A stretch of DNA of 64,000 nt from Planctomycetota bacterium. Its GTDB lineage: Bacteria; Planctomycetota; B15-G4. The DNA lies in assembly GCA_965248575.1 (NCBI GenBank), contig CBDFJQ010000002.1:1472001-1536000 (forward strand), written 5' to 3'. Numbering within the stretch: position 1 is the first letter of the stretch; the number at the start of each line of letters is the position of its first letter. A model generated the notes under the pieces. The model was not told the DNA's origin. It saw only the letters and a list, made by a program, of their open reading frames with translations, and ran no database searches. Shown piece after piece: positions 55,526 to 64,000 of the stretch. A program made the translations under genes and the position numbers.

Positions 55526-57624
55526 GGGTCCTCGCCTTGCTCCGGCTCCGCCGCCTTGGCATCACCGCGTGCGAAGAGCCCCGCGACATGTTCCAGCGTG
55601 CGCGCCGCGCAGGACTCGCAGTAACCCGAGTCGCGCACCAGACGCCCGGCCACCAGCTCCACCTTCTCGGCTGCGTCGCGGTCCACCACCGTGCTACTGC
55701 CGGACGTCAGCTGGAAGCTGTCGCGGCTGTCCTCGAACAACTTCAGCTCCAAGGCCGAGCGCAAGCGCGGGTTCGAGGTGTAGGTGAAGCTCTCGCCCCG
55801 GCTCGCCAGGGCATCGATGTAGTTGACGATCTCGCGCCGGAAGTCTGCCTTGCGCGATTCGGTGACGCCGATCTTCTCCTCAATCGCACGCATCAGCCGT
55901 TCGTTCGCCGAACCCTCGCCACGCACGCTCGCGGTGACCGCATCGACGTAGTTGCAGCACAGGCGGCGCACACCATCCGTGTCCGCCACCACGGCATCCC
56001 GCACCTCGGTCTTGATCTGCTCCTCGATCTCCTCCCGAACCAAGGCGATGAGTTCGGTGAACTGACGGCGCTTCTCATCGTTGTCCATGAGGGGGTGGTT
56101 CGCGAGACCAGCCTCAAGCGAATCGAGCACATCGAAAGCCATCAGGCAGGGCGGTGCGCCGTCAGCTACCAGGGCCGCAGCCACCCGGTCCTGGATGAAG
56201 CGCGGGGAGACGCCCTCCATGCCTTCGGAGGTGGCATCGCGTCGCAGCTCGGCCGCCGTCTGGGGCCCGTGGCCGGCCACCGTCTGCCCGTCGTAGAGGC
56301 GCAGCTTCTGCATCAGCGAGATGCTGGCGTTCTTGGGCTCGTGCAGCCGGGTGAGCACCGCCCACATCGCCGCAGCGTCCAGAGCGTGTGGCGCGAGATG
56401 CCGCCCTGCGCACGCGCTGGTGCCGAAGCTCTTGCGATAGATGCGTACTTCCTGGCTGAATCGCCGGTTGTAGGGGATGTCGATCTTGCAGGTGCGATCC
56501 CGGAACGCCTCCATGAGTTCGTTGCCTTGCAGGCGCCGGTACTCGGGGCTGTTCGTGTGGCCCAAGATCACCTCGTCGATGTCCGTCTGGGCGAATTTCT
56601 TCGGCTTGACGCTCTGTTCCTGGGTCGCTCCCAGCAGGTCGTAGAGGAAGGCCACGTCGAGCTTCAGCAGCTCGATGAACTCGATCATGCCCCGATTGGC
56701 GACGTGGAACTCGCCGTCGAAGTTGAAGGCGCGCGGGTCGCTGTCGCTGCCGTACTCCGCGATGCGGCGGTAGTTGATGTCGCCCGTGAGTTCCGTGGAG
56801 TCCTGGTTCTTCTCGTCCTTCGGTTGGAAGGTGCCGATCCCACACCGGTCCTGCTCGGACAAGCTGAAGCGATAGACCTCGATGGAGCGCTCGACCGCTG
56901 CGAAGTCCCCGCCCGAATCGCGCATGACGTGATCGAAGTAGAAGCGGCACAAGGGGCACAGGTCGCCCGTAGGACCCAAGATGTAGTCACCATCGAAACG
57001 CTGGTTCAAGTCCCTGTAGACGGCTGACACGGCCTCCTGTGGCAGGAGGTGCATAGGGTCCTCGTGCATGGGGCAGTCATGGGCCTCGCCGTCGATGTGC
57101 CAGCGGTAGCTGTAGATGGCCCCGTCTTCCCGTTTCGACAGGTCCTGCAAGCCGCGCTTCAACAGGCGGGCGATGGTCGACTTGGAGCTACCTACCGGCC
57201 CGTGCAGAAGCAGGACGCGCCGCTCCGGCCCGAGCCCGTGGGCCGCCGCGCGCAGATGGGAGACAAACTCGGCCAGCGGTTGCTCGATGCCGAAGATGCC
57301 GTCGCGGCCCTTGTCGAAAGGGTCCTCGAAGAAGCGGTAGTGGACGGGGCGGTCGCTGCCGGCGGGCGGCGTCTCCAGCCCGAAGCTGACGATCATGTCG
57401 TACATGCGCTGGAAGGCGTTGCGTGCCAGGCGGGGCTCGGCGCGCAGCATCTCCAGATACGACGAGAGGCTCCCGCGCCAGTGCAGGTCCTTCCAGGCGC
57501 TGGCGGTGTCGATGCCACGCGCCACCTGGATGTACGGCGGGAGCGACACGAGCCCATCTGCGTCCGACTCGCTCAACTCGCGAGGGGTGCGGACGGGTCG
57601 GTCATCGAGGCGGTCGTCGTGCAT
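55522..57624 (-). CDS. prkA: PrkA/YeaG family AAA+ serine kinase
   Basis: LLHGPVGSSKST, CPMHEDP, YGSDSDPRAFNFDG, ANRGMIEFIE and GVSPRF motifs. Confidence 0.95.
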   Translation of the reverse strand: MHDDRLDDRPVRTPRELSESDADGLVSLPPYIQVARGIDTASAWKDLHWRGSLSSYLEMLRAEPRLARNAFQRMYDMIVSFGLETPPAGSDRPVHYRFFEDPFDKGRDGIFGIEQPLAEFVSHLRAAAHGLGPERRVLLLHGPVGSSKSTIARLLKRGLQDLSKREDGAIYSYRWHIDGEAHDCPMHEDPMHLLPQEAVSAVYRDLNQRFDGDYILGPTGDLCPLCRFYFDHVMRDSGGDFAAVERSIEVYRFSLSEQDRCGIGTFQPKDEKNQDSTELTGDINYRRIAEYGSDSDPRAFNFDGEFHVANRGMIEFIELLKLDVAFLYDLLGATQEQSVKPKKFAQTDIDEVILGHTNSPEYRRLQGNELMEAFRDRTCKIDIPYNRRFSQEVRIYRKSFGTSACAGRHLAPHALDAAAMWAVLTRLHEPKNASISLMQKLRLYDGQTVAGHGPQTAAELRRDATSEGMEGVSPRFIQDRVAAALVADGAPPCLMAFDVLDSLEAGLANHPLMDNDEKRRQFTELIALVREEIEEQIKTEVRDAVVADTDGVRRLCCNYVDAVTASVRGEGSANERLMRAIEEKIGVTESRKADFRREIVNYIDALASRGESFTYTSNPRLRSALELKLFEDSRDSFQLTSGSSTVVDRDAAEKVELVAGRLVRDSGYCESCAARTLEHVAGLFARGDAKAAEPEQGEDP

Positions 57625-57716
57625 GGGACGTTCCCGGAGGTAGGGAGAGCGTCACCCTCTTTCGGCACGTCGACCAAGGCGGCTGAAGGCCAGAACGGGG
57701 CGCCTGGCCTCCTGGC

Positions 57717-60425
57717 TCAGCTCAAATGGCGCGGGAAGACCAGCATCAGCAGCCAGATCAGGGCCCCTGCCAGAGACAGCCGCAACCCCCAGGTATAGCT
57801 GGCGGGCTCATAGGAATAGAGCACCTGATGGCGGCCTTCCGGCAAGGCCACCCCCTGCCAGCACAGGTTCACGAAGTGGGTGTCCAGGGTGGGCCCCCCG
57901 TCGATGGACACCCCCCAGCCAGGGGCCTTGTTCTCGGCCAGGATCAGCAGCGTGTCGCCGCTGGTCTCCGTGACGACCTCGATCTCCCTGCCGCGATGCT
58001 CCACCGAGACGACGCGCCCTGTGCCACCCAGCTCGCCGACCCACGGCTGCTCGAGCAAGGCCACCTCACCAGGGTCAGCTGCCCGCATCGTCTCGTAGGA
58101 ATCGCTGGCGACATCCATGGCTTCACCCACGACGTAGGCCCGGCCCCGGTTGTCCAAGTTCTCCCAGATGCGCGTCTCGCTCTCGTGGACCAGCTCCAGG
58201 CCCGGAATGTCCGAGAGGTCCGTGCCCAGATCCGTGAGCACATAGCGCACGTCTAGCGTGTCGAATCGCCGGCTGCCGTAGTCCGCACTCTCGCGCGAGA
58301 AGCTGTAGCTGGCAAAGGCGTCCATCTTGAGCTCCACCTGTTGCAGCCAGTGGTGGGTCCGCGAATACCCCAGGTTGTCGTAGCTGAGCAGGTGGTCGAC
58401 CCCCGCCACGAACTGCGTGTCGGGGGGAAGCAGCGTGCCTTCCGTGAAGATCCGGAAGGGAGCTTCCTGGGCACGCAGGAACTCCACGGTCTTCGTCGGC
58501 GGAAACAGTTGGTCCACATCGCAACCGACGTTGTAGCCCTCAGCCAGGCTCAGGACGTCCACAGCCACCACCACCGCGAGCACCCATGGCCCTTGCGCGC
58601 GGTTGCGCATCACCAACCAACCGAGGCAACCCAAGGCCGCCGCGAGCATCAGCAGGTCGCGCGTGGACAGCCGGCGCTCCCGGCCGATCTGCAGGCGCTG
58701 GTCCGCCAGCACATGCGTCTCGCCCTTGTTGATGGCCTCCACCCGCAAGCGATGGCGCCCCTCCTCCATACGGTAGGTCAGCAGGGCCTCCCGGAAGGGA
58801 AGCCCTGGGAGTGTCGCTGCCGCCATTCCGGAGCGCAGCACCTTGCCGTCGACCAGGATGCGCAGGTCCTCGACCGGCTGTTTCAGATCGAGGCAGATGG
58901 CCACCGAACCTCGCCCCCCGTGCACGATGTCCGGGTCGGGTCCTCGCAGACTTCCCGTGCGCACGCGCGGGCCCTCGCGCTCGTTGAAGGGCATCTGCAA
59001 GACGAGAAACGCGAGGACAAGCGACAGGGCCATGGTCACCGCGAGTCGCCCGACCCCTAGCAGCACCCCGGGCTTTACCCCCTTGGTCGCCAGGCGCTGA
59101 ACGACCATCGCTCCGCCGCAGGCCGTGCAGAAGCCCACGGGCCCCAGCAGGCGCGTCGGAGCCACTTCGGTCAGACCGGGCACGAGCCGGACCAGGCCCT
59201 CGACGCCGGGCAGATGGAAGGCCGCGCCCCACAGCAGCAGGCCGACGACCGAGAAGAAGCGGATGAAGCCATGCCCCATGCCCACGAAGAACCCGAGCGT
59301 CAGCAACAGGGGCGGCAGGACCCCCACATAACCAGCGTTGAGCCCAGGGAAGTCCTGCGCCGCCGTGAACGCGCCCCCCCCCGTGGGATTGCCATAGAGC
59401 TCGGGCAGGAAGATGACACCGCTCGAAACAGCCATGCCCATCTGGCGCGCCATGACCGTGCCCAGCACGCAAGCTGCCACGGCCACGATGCGCTTCGCGA
59501 AACCGGGGCTCGCCGAACTGCGCAGGATTGCCACGGCCCCGATGAACAAGAAGGCGTAGATCACGGAAGCGAAGGAGACGCCCCCCGCTTCCAAGCGCGA
59601 AGTCTCCAGCTCTCGAAGCCGCAGGCCGTGGCTCGCCTGGGCGTACTCCAGGAAGGGCAGCCACTGCACGGCAGACAAGGCCACTGCCAACAGACCGGCA
59701 CCCAGGACCAACATGCGCCCGTGGGAATCCCAGAGCCTGTAGAGGGCCCAGAGGCCCGCCACCAGGCCAGCCACGAAGCCCGTCTCTGGATGGCCGCCCA
59801 GCACGAACAGGGCGAAGCCTGCGGCCAGCACTGCCACTCGACGACGGCTCGGGTCGGAGGCCACGCGCTCCACGGCCCAGAAGGTGAATGGCATGGCGAG
59901 CAGCGTGTGCGACAGGGCGTACTGCAACCAGAGCACCTGATGGCCACCGAAACCGAACGCCACCGCCCCGAAGTAGGCGGCCGGAACCGAAATGTTGAGT
60001 CGCCTCAGGAACAGCCAGGTGAAGAACGACCCCAGCGTCAGCACCAGGAGGCCCTGCAGCCAAGGCAGCCAATGGAGGTCGACCACCGCCGCCAGCCAGG
60101 TCAGGGGGTGCACCAAGGCGCTGCTGATGTTGCCGAGGAAGGGCTGGCCACCGCCCCCGCGCGAGGTCCACAAGGCGTCGGCCTCCCCCGCGAAGACCCG
60201 CGCCGCCTCCATCAAGTACGGATAGAAGATTCGGGGCTGGTCCACCAGGTAGCTGTTGAACGCCTCAGGGCGTTCCAGAACCCGACTCCACGGCGCCGAC
60301 CGGCTCAGGGACTCATGGGCAATCAGGACGCGATCAGAGCCGAAGCCATCGCGCAGCAGCCAAGCGGCCAGAGCCGTAAAAACGGCCAGCGCAAGCCAGG
60401 CTGAGCGAGCTCTCGTCGATGGCAC
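57717..60425 (-). CDS. YfhO-like multi-pass membrane protein (putative GT-C glycosyltransferase)
   Basis: LW...GGGQPFLGN, GGHPE, many transmembrane helices and C-terminal LILAENKAPGWGVSIDG...GVALPEGRHQVLYSYEP. Start approximate (GTG 60425); the longer track ORF overlaps the divergent gene. Confidence 0.8.
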   Translation of the reverse strand: MPSTRARSAWLALAVFTALAAWLLRDGFGSDRVLIAHESLSRSAPWSRVLERPEAFNSYLVDQPRIFYPYLMEAARVFAGEADALWTSRGGGGQPFLGNISSALVHPLTWLAAVVDLHWLPWLQGLLVLTLGSFFTWLFLRRLNISVPAAYFGAVAFGFGGHQVLWLQYALSHTLLAMPFTFWAVERVASDPSRRRVAVLAAGFALFVLGGHPETGFVAGLVAGLWALYRLWDSHGRMLVLGAGLLAVALSAVQWLPFLEYAQASHGLRLRELETSRLEAGGVSFASVIYAFLFIGAVAILRSSASPGFAKRIVAVAACVLGTVMARQMGMAVSSGVIFLPELYGNPTGGGAFTAAQDFPGLNAGYVGVLPPLLLTLGFFVGMGHGFIRFFSVVGLLLWGAAFHLPGVEGLVRLVPGLTEVAPTRLLGPVGFCTACGGAMVVQRLATKGVKPGVLLGVGRLAVTMALSLVLAFLVLQMPFNEREGPRVRTGSLRGPDPDIVHGGRGSVAICLDLKQPVEDLRILVDGKVLRSGMAAATLPGLPFREALLTYRMEEGRHRLRVEAINKGETHVLADQRLQIGRERRLSTRDLLMLAAALGCLGWLVMRNRAQGPWVLAVVVAVDVLSLAEGYNVGCDVDQLFPPTKTVEFLRAQEAPFRIFTEGTLLPPDTQFVAGVDHLLSYDNLGYSRTHHWLQQVELKMDAFASYSFSRESADYGSRRFDTLDVRYVLTDLGTDLSDIPGLELVHESETRIWENLDNRGRAYVVGEAMDVASDSYETMRAADPGEVALLEQPWVGELGGTGRVVSVEHRGREIEVVTETSGDTLLILAENKAPGWGVSIDGGPTLDTHFVNLCWQGVALPEGRHQVLYSYEPASYTWGLRLSLAGALIWLLMLVFPRHLS

Positions 60426-60708
60426 CAAACAGCCCCCAGGGAGGCCCGTCACGTTCCGCTGGGGACGCGCTGTCCCAACTCTGGCGGCGAAAGAGCATAG
60501 GCCCTTACCCAGCCATGGACAACGCGCACGGGCAGGCCCAATCCCCAGGAGGCCCGCTCCGGCCCTCACGTCGATGTCTCCGTCCGTCCGATGAGGTAGA
60601 GTTCCCTTCCGCTGTGTGTCCGAGCTGACATCCCTCTCCCAAATGGGTGAGACACGAGCCGCTCGGGTGCTGTCTCTGTTCGCCGACCACCGAGCCCTCC
60701 TGACCCCG

Positions 60709-62118
60709 ATGTCCACGTCCCGCAGCGTGACCGTTCTCGGAGGAGGCCTCGCCGGCCTCTCGGCCGCCCAGAAGTTCTCGGAAGCCGGCTGGCAGGTCAC
60801 CGTCGTCGAAGCTCGCTCCGAAGTGGGTGGCCTCGCCTCCTCCTACGTGAGCGACGGCTACACCTACGACCTCGGTCCCCACCGTCTCTACAGCAACCTC
60901 GAGGCGCTGAACGACCACTTCAAGATGGTCCTCGACGACAACTGGGACTACCGCGATCGCCTCTCGCGCATCTTCATGAAGGGCGCCTTCTTTGACTACC
61001 CGCTGAAGGCCAGCAACGTGCTGCAGCTTTCGCCGTGGTTGCTGTTCCGCTCGTTCTTCGACTACATCGTCGTGCGCATCCGCAACGCCATCTCCCCCAT
61101 CCCGGACGACAACTTCGAGAATTGGGTGATCAAGCGTTTCGGCCGCACGCTCTACGAGCTCTTCTTCGGCACGTACACGCGCAAGGCCTGGGGCATCCCT
61201 TGCACGCAGATCTCGGCCGACTGGGCCAACCAACGCATCTCGCTGCTGTCGCTCTGGGACACGGTCAAGAAGACGCTCTTCAAGCCGAAGAACGTGCCAC
61301 GCACCTACGTCTCCAAGTTCCTGTACCCCAAGACCGGCGGCATCGGTGCCCTGTCCGTGGGCTACAGGCGGCTCATCGAGCGAGACAGCGGCACCGTCAT
61401 CTGCGATGCGCATGTCACCTCGCTCGACAGTGACGGCAGCAAGGTCACCGCCGTGCACTACGAGAAGGACGGACAGCGGCACAGCATCACGTCCGATCTC
61501 GTGGTCAGCACCCTGCCGCTGACCATGCTCGTTCCCATGATGGGCGAGCGCGTCCCGGCCGAAGCACATGCCGCCGTGGATGGCTTGATCCACAAGGGCA
61601 TCGTCTTCGTGTACCTCATGCTCGACCGGGAGACCCTGACGCCCGACCACTGGGTGTACATCCCCGAAGAACACATCGCCGTCCATCGCATCAGCGAGTT
61701 CACCAACTTCTCCCGGGACTGCGCGCCCGAGGGCAAGACCATGGTCTGCGCCGAGATCACGGCCACCGTCGGCGACAAGTACTGGACCATGGCCGACGAG
61801 GACCTGATCAAGCTCGCCTCGGAGAACCTGGCCACGCTGAAGCTCCTGGACCCCAAGGAAGTGCGCGACGGCGGCTTCGTGCGCCGTGTGGATTACGCTT
61901 ACCCCATCTACGACCTCACCTACCGCGGACACGTCCGCTCCCTGGTCGACTACCTGCGGACCTTCGACAACATGGTCTCCACCGGGCGGCAGGGCCTCTT
62001 CCGCTACGGCAACATGGACCATTCCGTCGCCATGGGTCACGCCGTCGCCCGGCGCATCCTTGAGGACAGCGCCATCGATCACGAGCAGATTGCGGCAGGG
62101 GACGAGTACTTCGGGTGA
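60709..62118 (+). CDS. FAD-dependent oxidoreductase (HemY/UDP-galactopyranose-mutase-like family common in glycan loci)
   Basis: GGGLAGLSAA, DLGPHR, FLYPKTGG, YAYPIY and GRQGLFRYGNMDHS motifs; start ATG 60709. Confidence 0.85.
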   Translation: MSTSRSVTVLGGGLAGLSAAQKFSEAGWQVTVVEARSEVGGLASSYVSDGYTYDLGPHRLYSNLEALNDHFKMVLDDNWDYRDRLSRIFMKGAFFDYPLKASNVLQLSPWLLFRSFFDYIVVRIRNAISPIPDDNFENWVIKRFGRTLYELFFGTYTRKAWGIPCTQISADWANQRISLLSLWDTVKKTLFKPKNVPRTYVSKFLYPKTGGIGALSVGYRRLIERDSGTVICDAHVTSLDSDGSKVTAVHYEKDGQRHSITSDLVVSTLPLTMLVPMMGERVPAEAHAAVDGLIHKGIVFVYLMLDRETLTPDHWVYIPEEHIAVHRISEFTNFSRDCAPEGKTMVCAEITATVGDKYWTMADEDLIKLASENLATLKLLDPKEVRDGGFVRRVDYAYPIYDLTYRGHVRSLVDYLRTFDNMVSTGRQGLFRYGNMDHSVAMGHAVARRILEDSAIDHEQIAAGDEYFG

Positions 62119-63053
62119 CCCCCGGCGGCGGTCATTCCTCGCCACCAGATGGCATGCGCGAGATGCCGTGCCTGTTCTGCGGGGTGCACGAAGAACGGGT
62201 GCGCTTCCATGATGCTGCCTACCGGGTGGTGGAATGCAGTCGCTGTGGCTTGGTCTACGTCAACCCGCGGCTGCCCACAGCGCGCCTCTACGAGATGTAC
62301 CAGGAGGAGTACTGGAACAGTGACCGGGCGAAAGACTTCGGCTACGGCGAGTACCTGTCGGACGCGGACAAGTACCTGAAGACTTACCGGCTGCGCGCCA
62401 AGCTGGTCGACCGCTACAAGAGCCAGCCCGGCAGGGTGCTCGACGTGGGTTGCGCTGCGGGCTTCTTCCTGAAGGTCATGGCCGACAAGGGCTGGTCCAC
62501 GGCCGGCATCGAGATCGCCAGACCGATGATCGACTACGCCGAAGCTGAGCTGGGCCTCTCGGACATGCTTCGAGGTGACTTGCTCAGCGTTGCAGGGGGT
62601 AGCGAAGCATCCGCTCTGCCGCCCAAGAGCTTCGACGTGGTCACCCTCTGGGATGTCGTCGAACATCTCGAACAACCGGGCCTCCACCTGGAGCAAGCCC
62701 ACGCCTTGCTGAAGGACGATGGCATCCTGGTGCTGGAGACACAGAACGTGGACTCGTTCTTCGCCAAGCTGCTCGGAACCAGGTGGCAGCACTACAAGCA
62801 CGAAGAACATCTCTACCACTTCCACCCCGCCAGCCTGCGCCGCCTGCTGCACGACGCCGGCTTCGAGGTGCTCGAGAACACCCCGCGTCGGGGCGGTAAA
62901 TACGTCTCGATGGAGTTTCTCGTCGAGCGCGTCGGCAAGCTGCACCCGGTGCTGTCGGCGCTGGCCTCCCCGCTTCGGCTCTTCAGCGGGTTCGCGCCGT
63001 ATGTCAATCTCATGGACGAAATGGTGGTGGTGGCGCGCAAGCGTCCCGTCTAG
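62115..63053 (+). CDS. Class I SAM-dependent methyltransferase with N-terminal CxxC..CxxC
   Basis: VLDVGCAAGFF, FDVVTLWDVVEH and EHLYHF motifs; GTGA overlap with the upstream gene. Confidence 0.9.
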   Translation: MTPGGGHSSPPDGMREMPCLFCGVHEERVRFHDAAYRVVECSRCGLVYVNPRLPTARLYEMYQEEYWNSDRAKDFGYGEYLSDADKYLKTYRLRAKLVDRYKSQPGRVLDVGCAAGFFLKVMADKGWSTAGIEIARPMIDYAEAELGLSDMLRGDLLSVAGGSEASALPPKSFDVVTLWDVVEHLEQPGLHLEQAHALLKDDGILVLETQNVDSFFAKLLGTRWQHYKHEEHLYHFHPASLRRLLHDAGFEVLENTPRRGGKYVSMEFLVERVGKLHPVLSALASPLRLFSGFAPYVNLMDEMVVVARKRPV

Positions 63054-63115
63054 GTTCGCCCCGCGCTTGACCCAGCCCACTCGCCTCTCTTGAGACGCCA
63101 ATCCGGCGCCCAGAC

Positions 63116-64000
63116 ATGTCGCCCGTCGTCCTGCTCATCGCCCTGCCCCTGCTCGTGGCGCTTGTCGTCGGGTGCTTGGGCCGTCGTCCCGGCAGGCGGC
63201 TTCGCGGTGCGCTCTTCAGCGGCATGCTGTTGGCTCTTTCGCTGCCACTGCTGCTCGGAGTGTCTCGACCTGGGTCTATGTCGGAGGCAAGCGCCGGGAA
63301 CGGCGAGCCAGCCTGGACCGAGGCTGCCCAGGTGCTCACCCCCTTCGCCCCCCAGCGTCTCGTCGAACTCGTCTTGCCAGACCTCTGGGAAGGTCTGCCG
63401 CATCAGGCACCCAGCCTGATCACCCAGACCTACTCGCCCACCCTGGCGACGCAGCAGGCGCAGGCTGGCTCTGCCTCGACTACCGGCACCGGCGGTCGGC
63501 TGCACCTCGGCATCACGGCCCTTTGCCTGGCGATCATGGGCTTCGTAGGCCTGGGCGGCTGGGCAGCCTGGCTGGGTCGCCTGGCGGTGGTCTTGGGTCT
63601 GCTCCTGGCCTGCGGCGATGCCCTGGGTGCGCCGCCCCCTCCCGCGGACGTCGTGCTGGTGGGCGTGCTCTGCCTGAGTGCCGGGCTCGCCGTCCTGGCA
63701 GGCCTGGCCCTGGCTTCACTGCTGCCACTCGAGGACGATGACCCCGTGGGCGCTGCCCTGCTGTTGGGCGCCGTCTGCCTGGTGCTGGCCGGCGGCCTCG
63801 TCGGCTGGGCCGCCACGGCCGGTAGCGGAGAAGCACGCGATGTCCTGGCCCCGCTCCTGCTGCGCATCGAAGCAGCTGGCAACCCAACGCCCACAGCGGT
63901 GATCCAAGCCCAGGCCGCCACTCACCTGACCCGGGTCCTGGACCAGGCCGCCATCGCCGCGGTGGCCGCCATGACGGCCTTGCTGCTGCACCTCAAGGGA
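63116..64000 (+). CDS. Hypothetical multi-pass membrane protein, partial (runs off the window edge)
   Basis: Manual translation from ATG 63116 (MSPVVLLIALPLLVALVVGCLG...) is open to the edge and strongly hydrophobic. FAPQRLVELVLPDLW resembles LQPAALIGMAVPEFF in the YfhO-like gene at 5384-7780. Confidence 0.6.
   Translation, partial: MSPVVLLIALPLLVALVVGCLGRRPGRRLRGALFSGMLLALSLPLLLGVSRPGSMSEASAGNGEPAWTEAAQVLTPFAPQRLVELVLPDLWEGLPHQAPSLITQTYSPTLATQQAQAGSASTTGTGGRLHLGITALCLAIMGFVGLGGWAAWLGRLAVVLGLLLACGDALGAPPPPADVVLVGVLCLSAGLAVLAGLALASLLPLEDDDPVGAALLLGAVCLVLAGGLVGWAATAGSGEARDVLAPLLLRIEAAGNPTPTAVIQAQAATHLTRVLDQAAIAAVAAMTALLLHLKG

Noticed and set aside
57625..57716. Sigma54 promoter upstream of prkA (as for E. 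coli yeaG)
   Set aside because: No GG-N10-GC with correct spacing found by eye.
60426..60800. N-terminal extensions given by the ORF track (also 20556-20744, 32110-32229, 7627-7926, 13114-13395, 54414-54683)
   Set aside because: They overlap neighbouring genes or precede clear signal peptides or family N-termini; downstream starts are more plausible.

Overview
High-GC bacterial chromosomal segment; gene style and content suggest a Planctomycetota-like organism, which is an inference only. Most genes are on the minus strand. Left part (1-16 kb): partial ABC peptide-binding protein gene behind a long structured leader, ridA, coaD, a coupled comEC-comM pair, two GT-C/YfhO-type membrane glycosyltransferase-like genes, phosphosugar mutase, proline dehydrogenase, two phosphoesterases and an amidohydrolase. 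Centre (16-35 kb): the most unusual region. It holds three giant paralogous-looking lipoproteins (about 1453, 1669 and 1242 aa) and a small fourth one. All four have an Ig-like N-terminal module; the three giants also have poly-Gly tethers, Ca-binding-type loops and a common C-terminal motif. A prepilin peptidase and tatD lie among them, and a degenerate MnmE-like GTPase, coaX and an orphan GspC-like PDZ protein lie upstream. Next is a housekeeping block (35-49 kb): obgE, rpmA, rplU, RNase E/G with a very large acidic insert, a DUF2344-like gene, HPr, PTS IIA, hpf, truA, rpoN, recR, ybaB, dnaX, SRP RNA, two tRNA-Ser, tadA and tRNA-Arg(ACG). Right part: a histone-H1-like (KKATR)n protein, HAD phosphatase, SNF transporter operon, prkA-yeaH-spoVR and another glycosylation-type cluster. 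No CRISPR array, rRNA or mobile element was seen. All family calls come from motif recognition by eye, not database searches.
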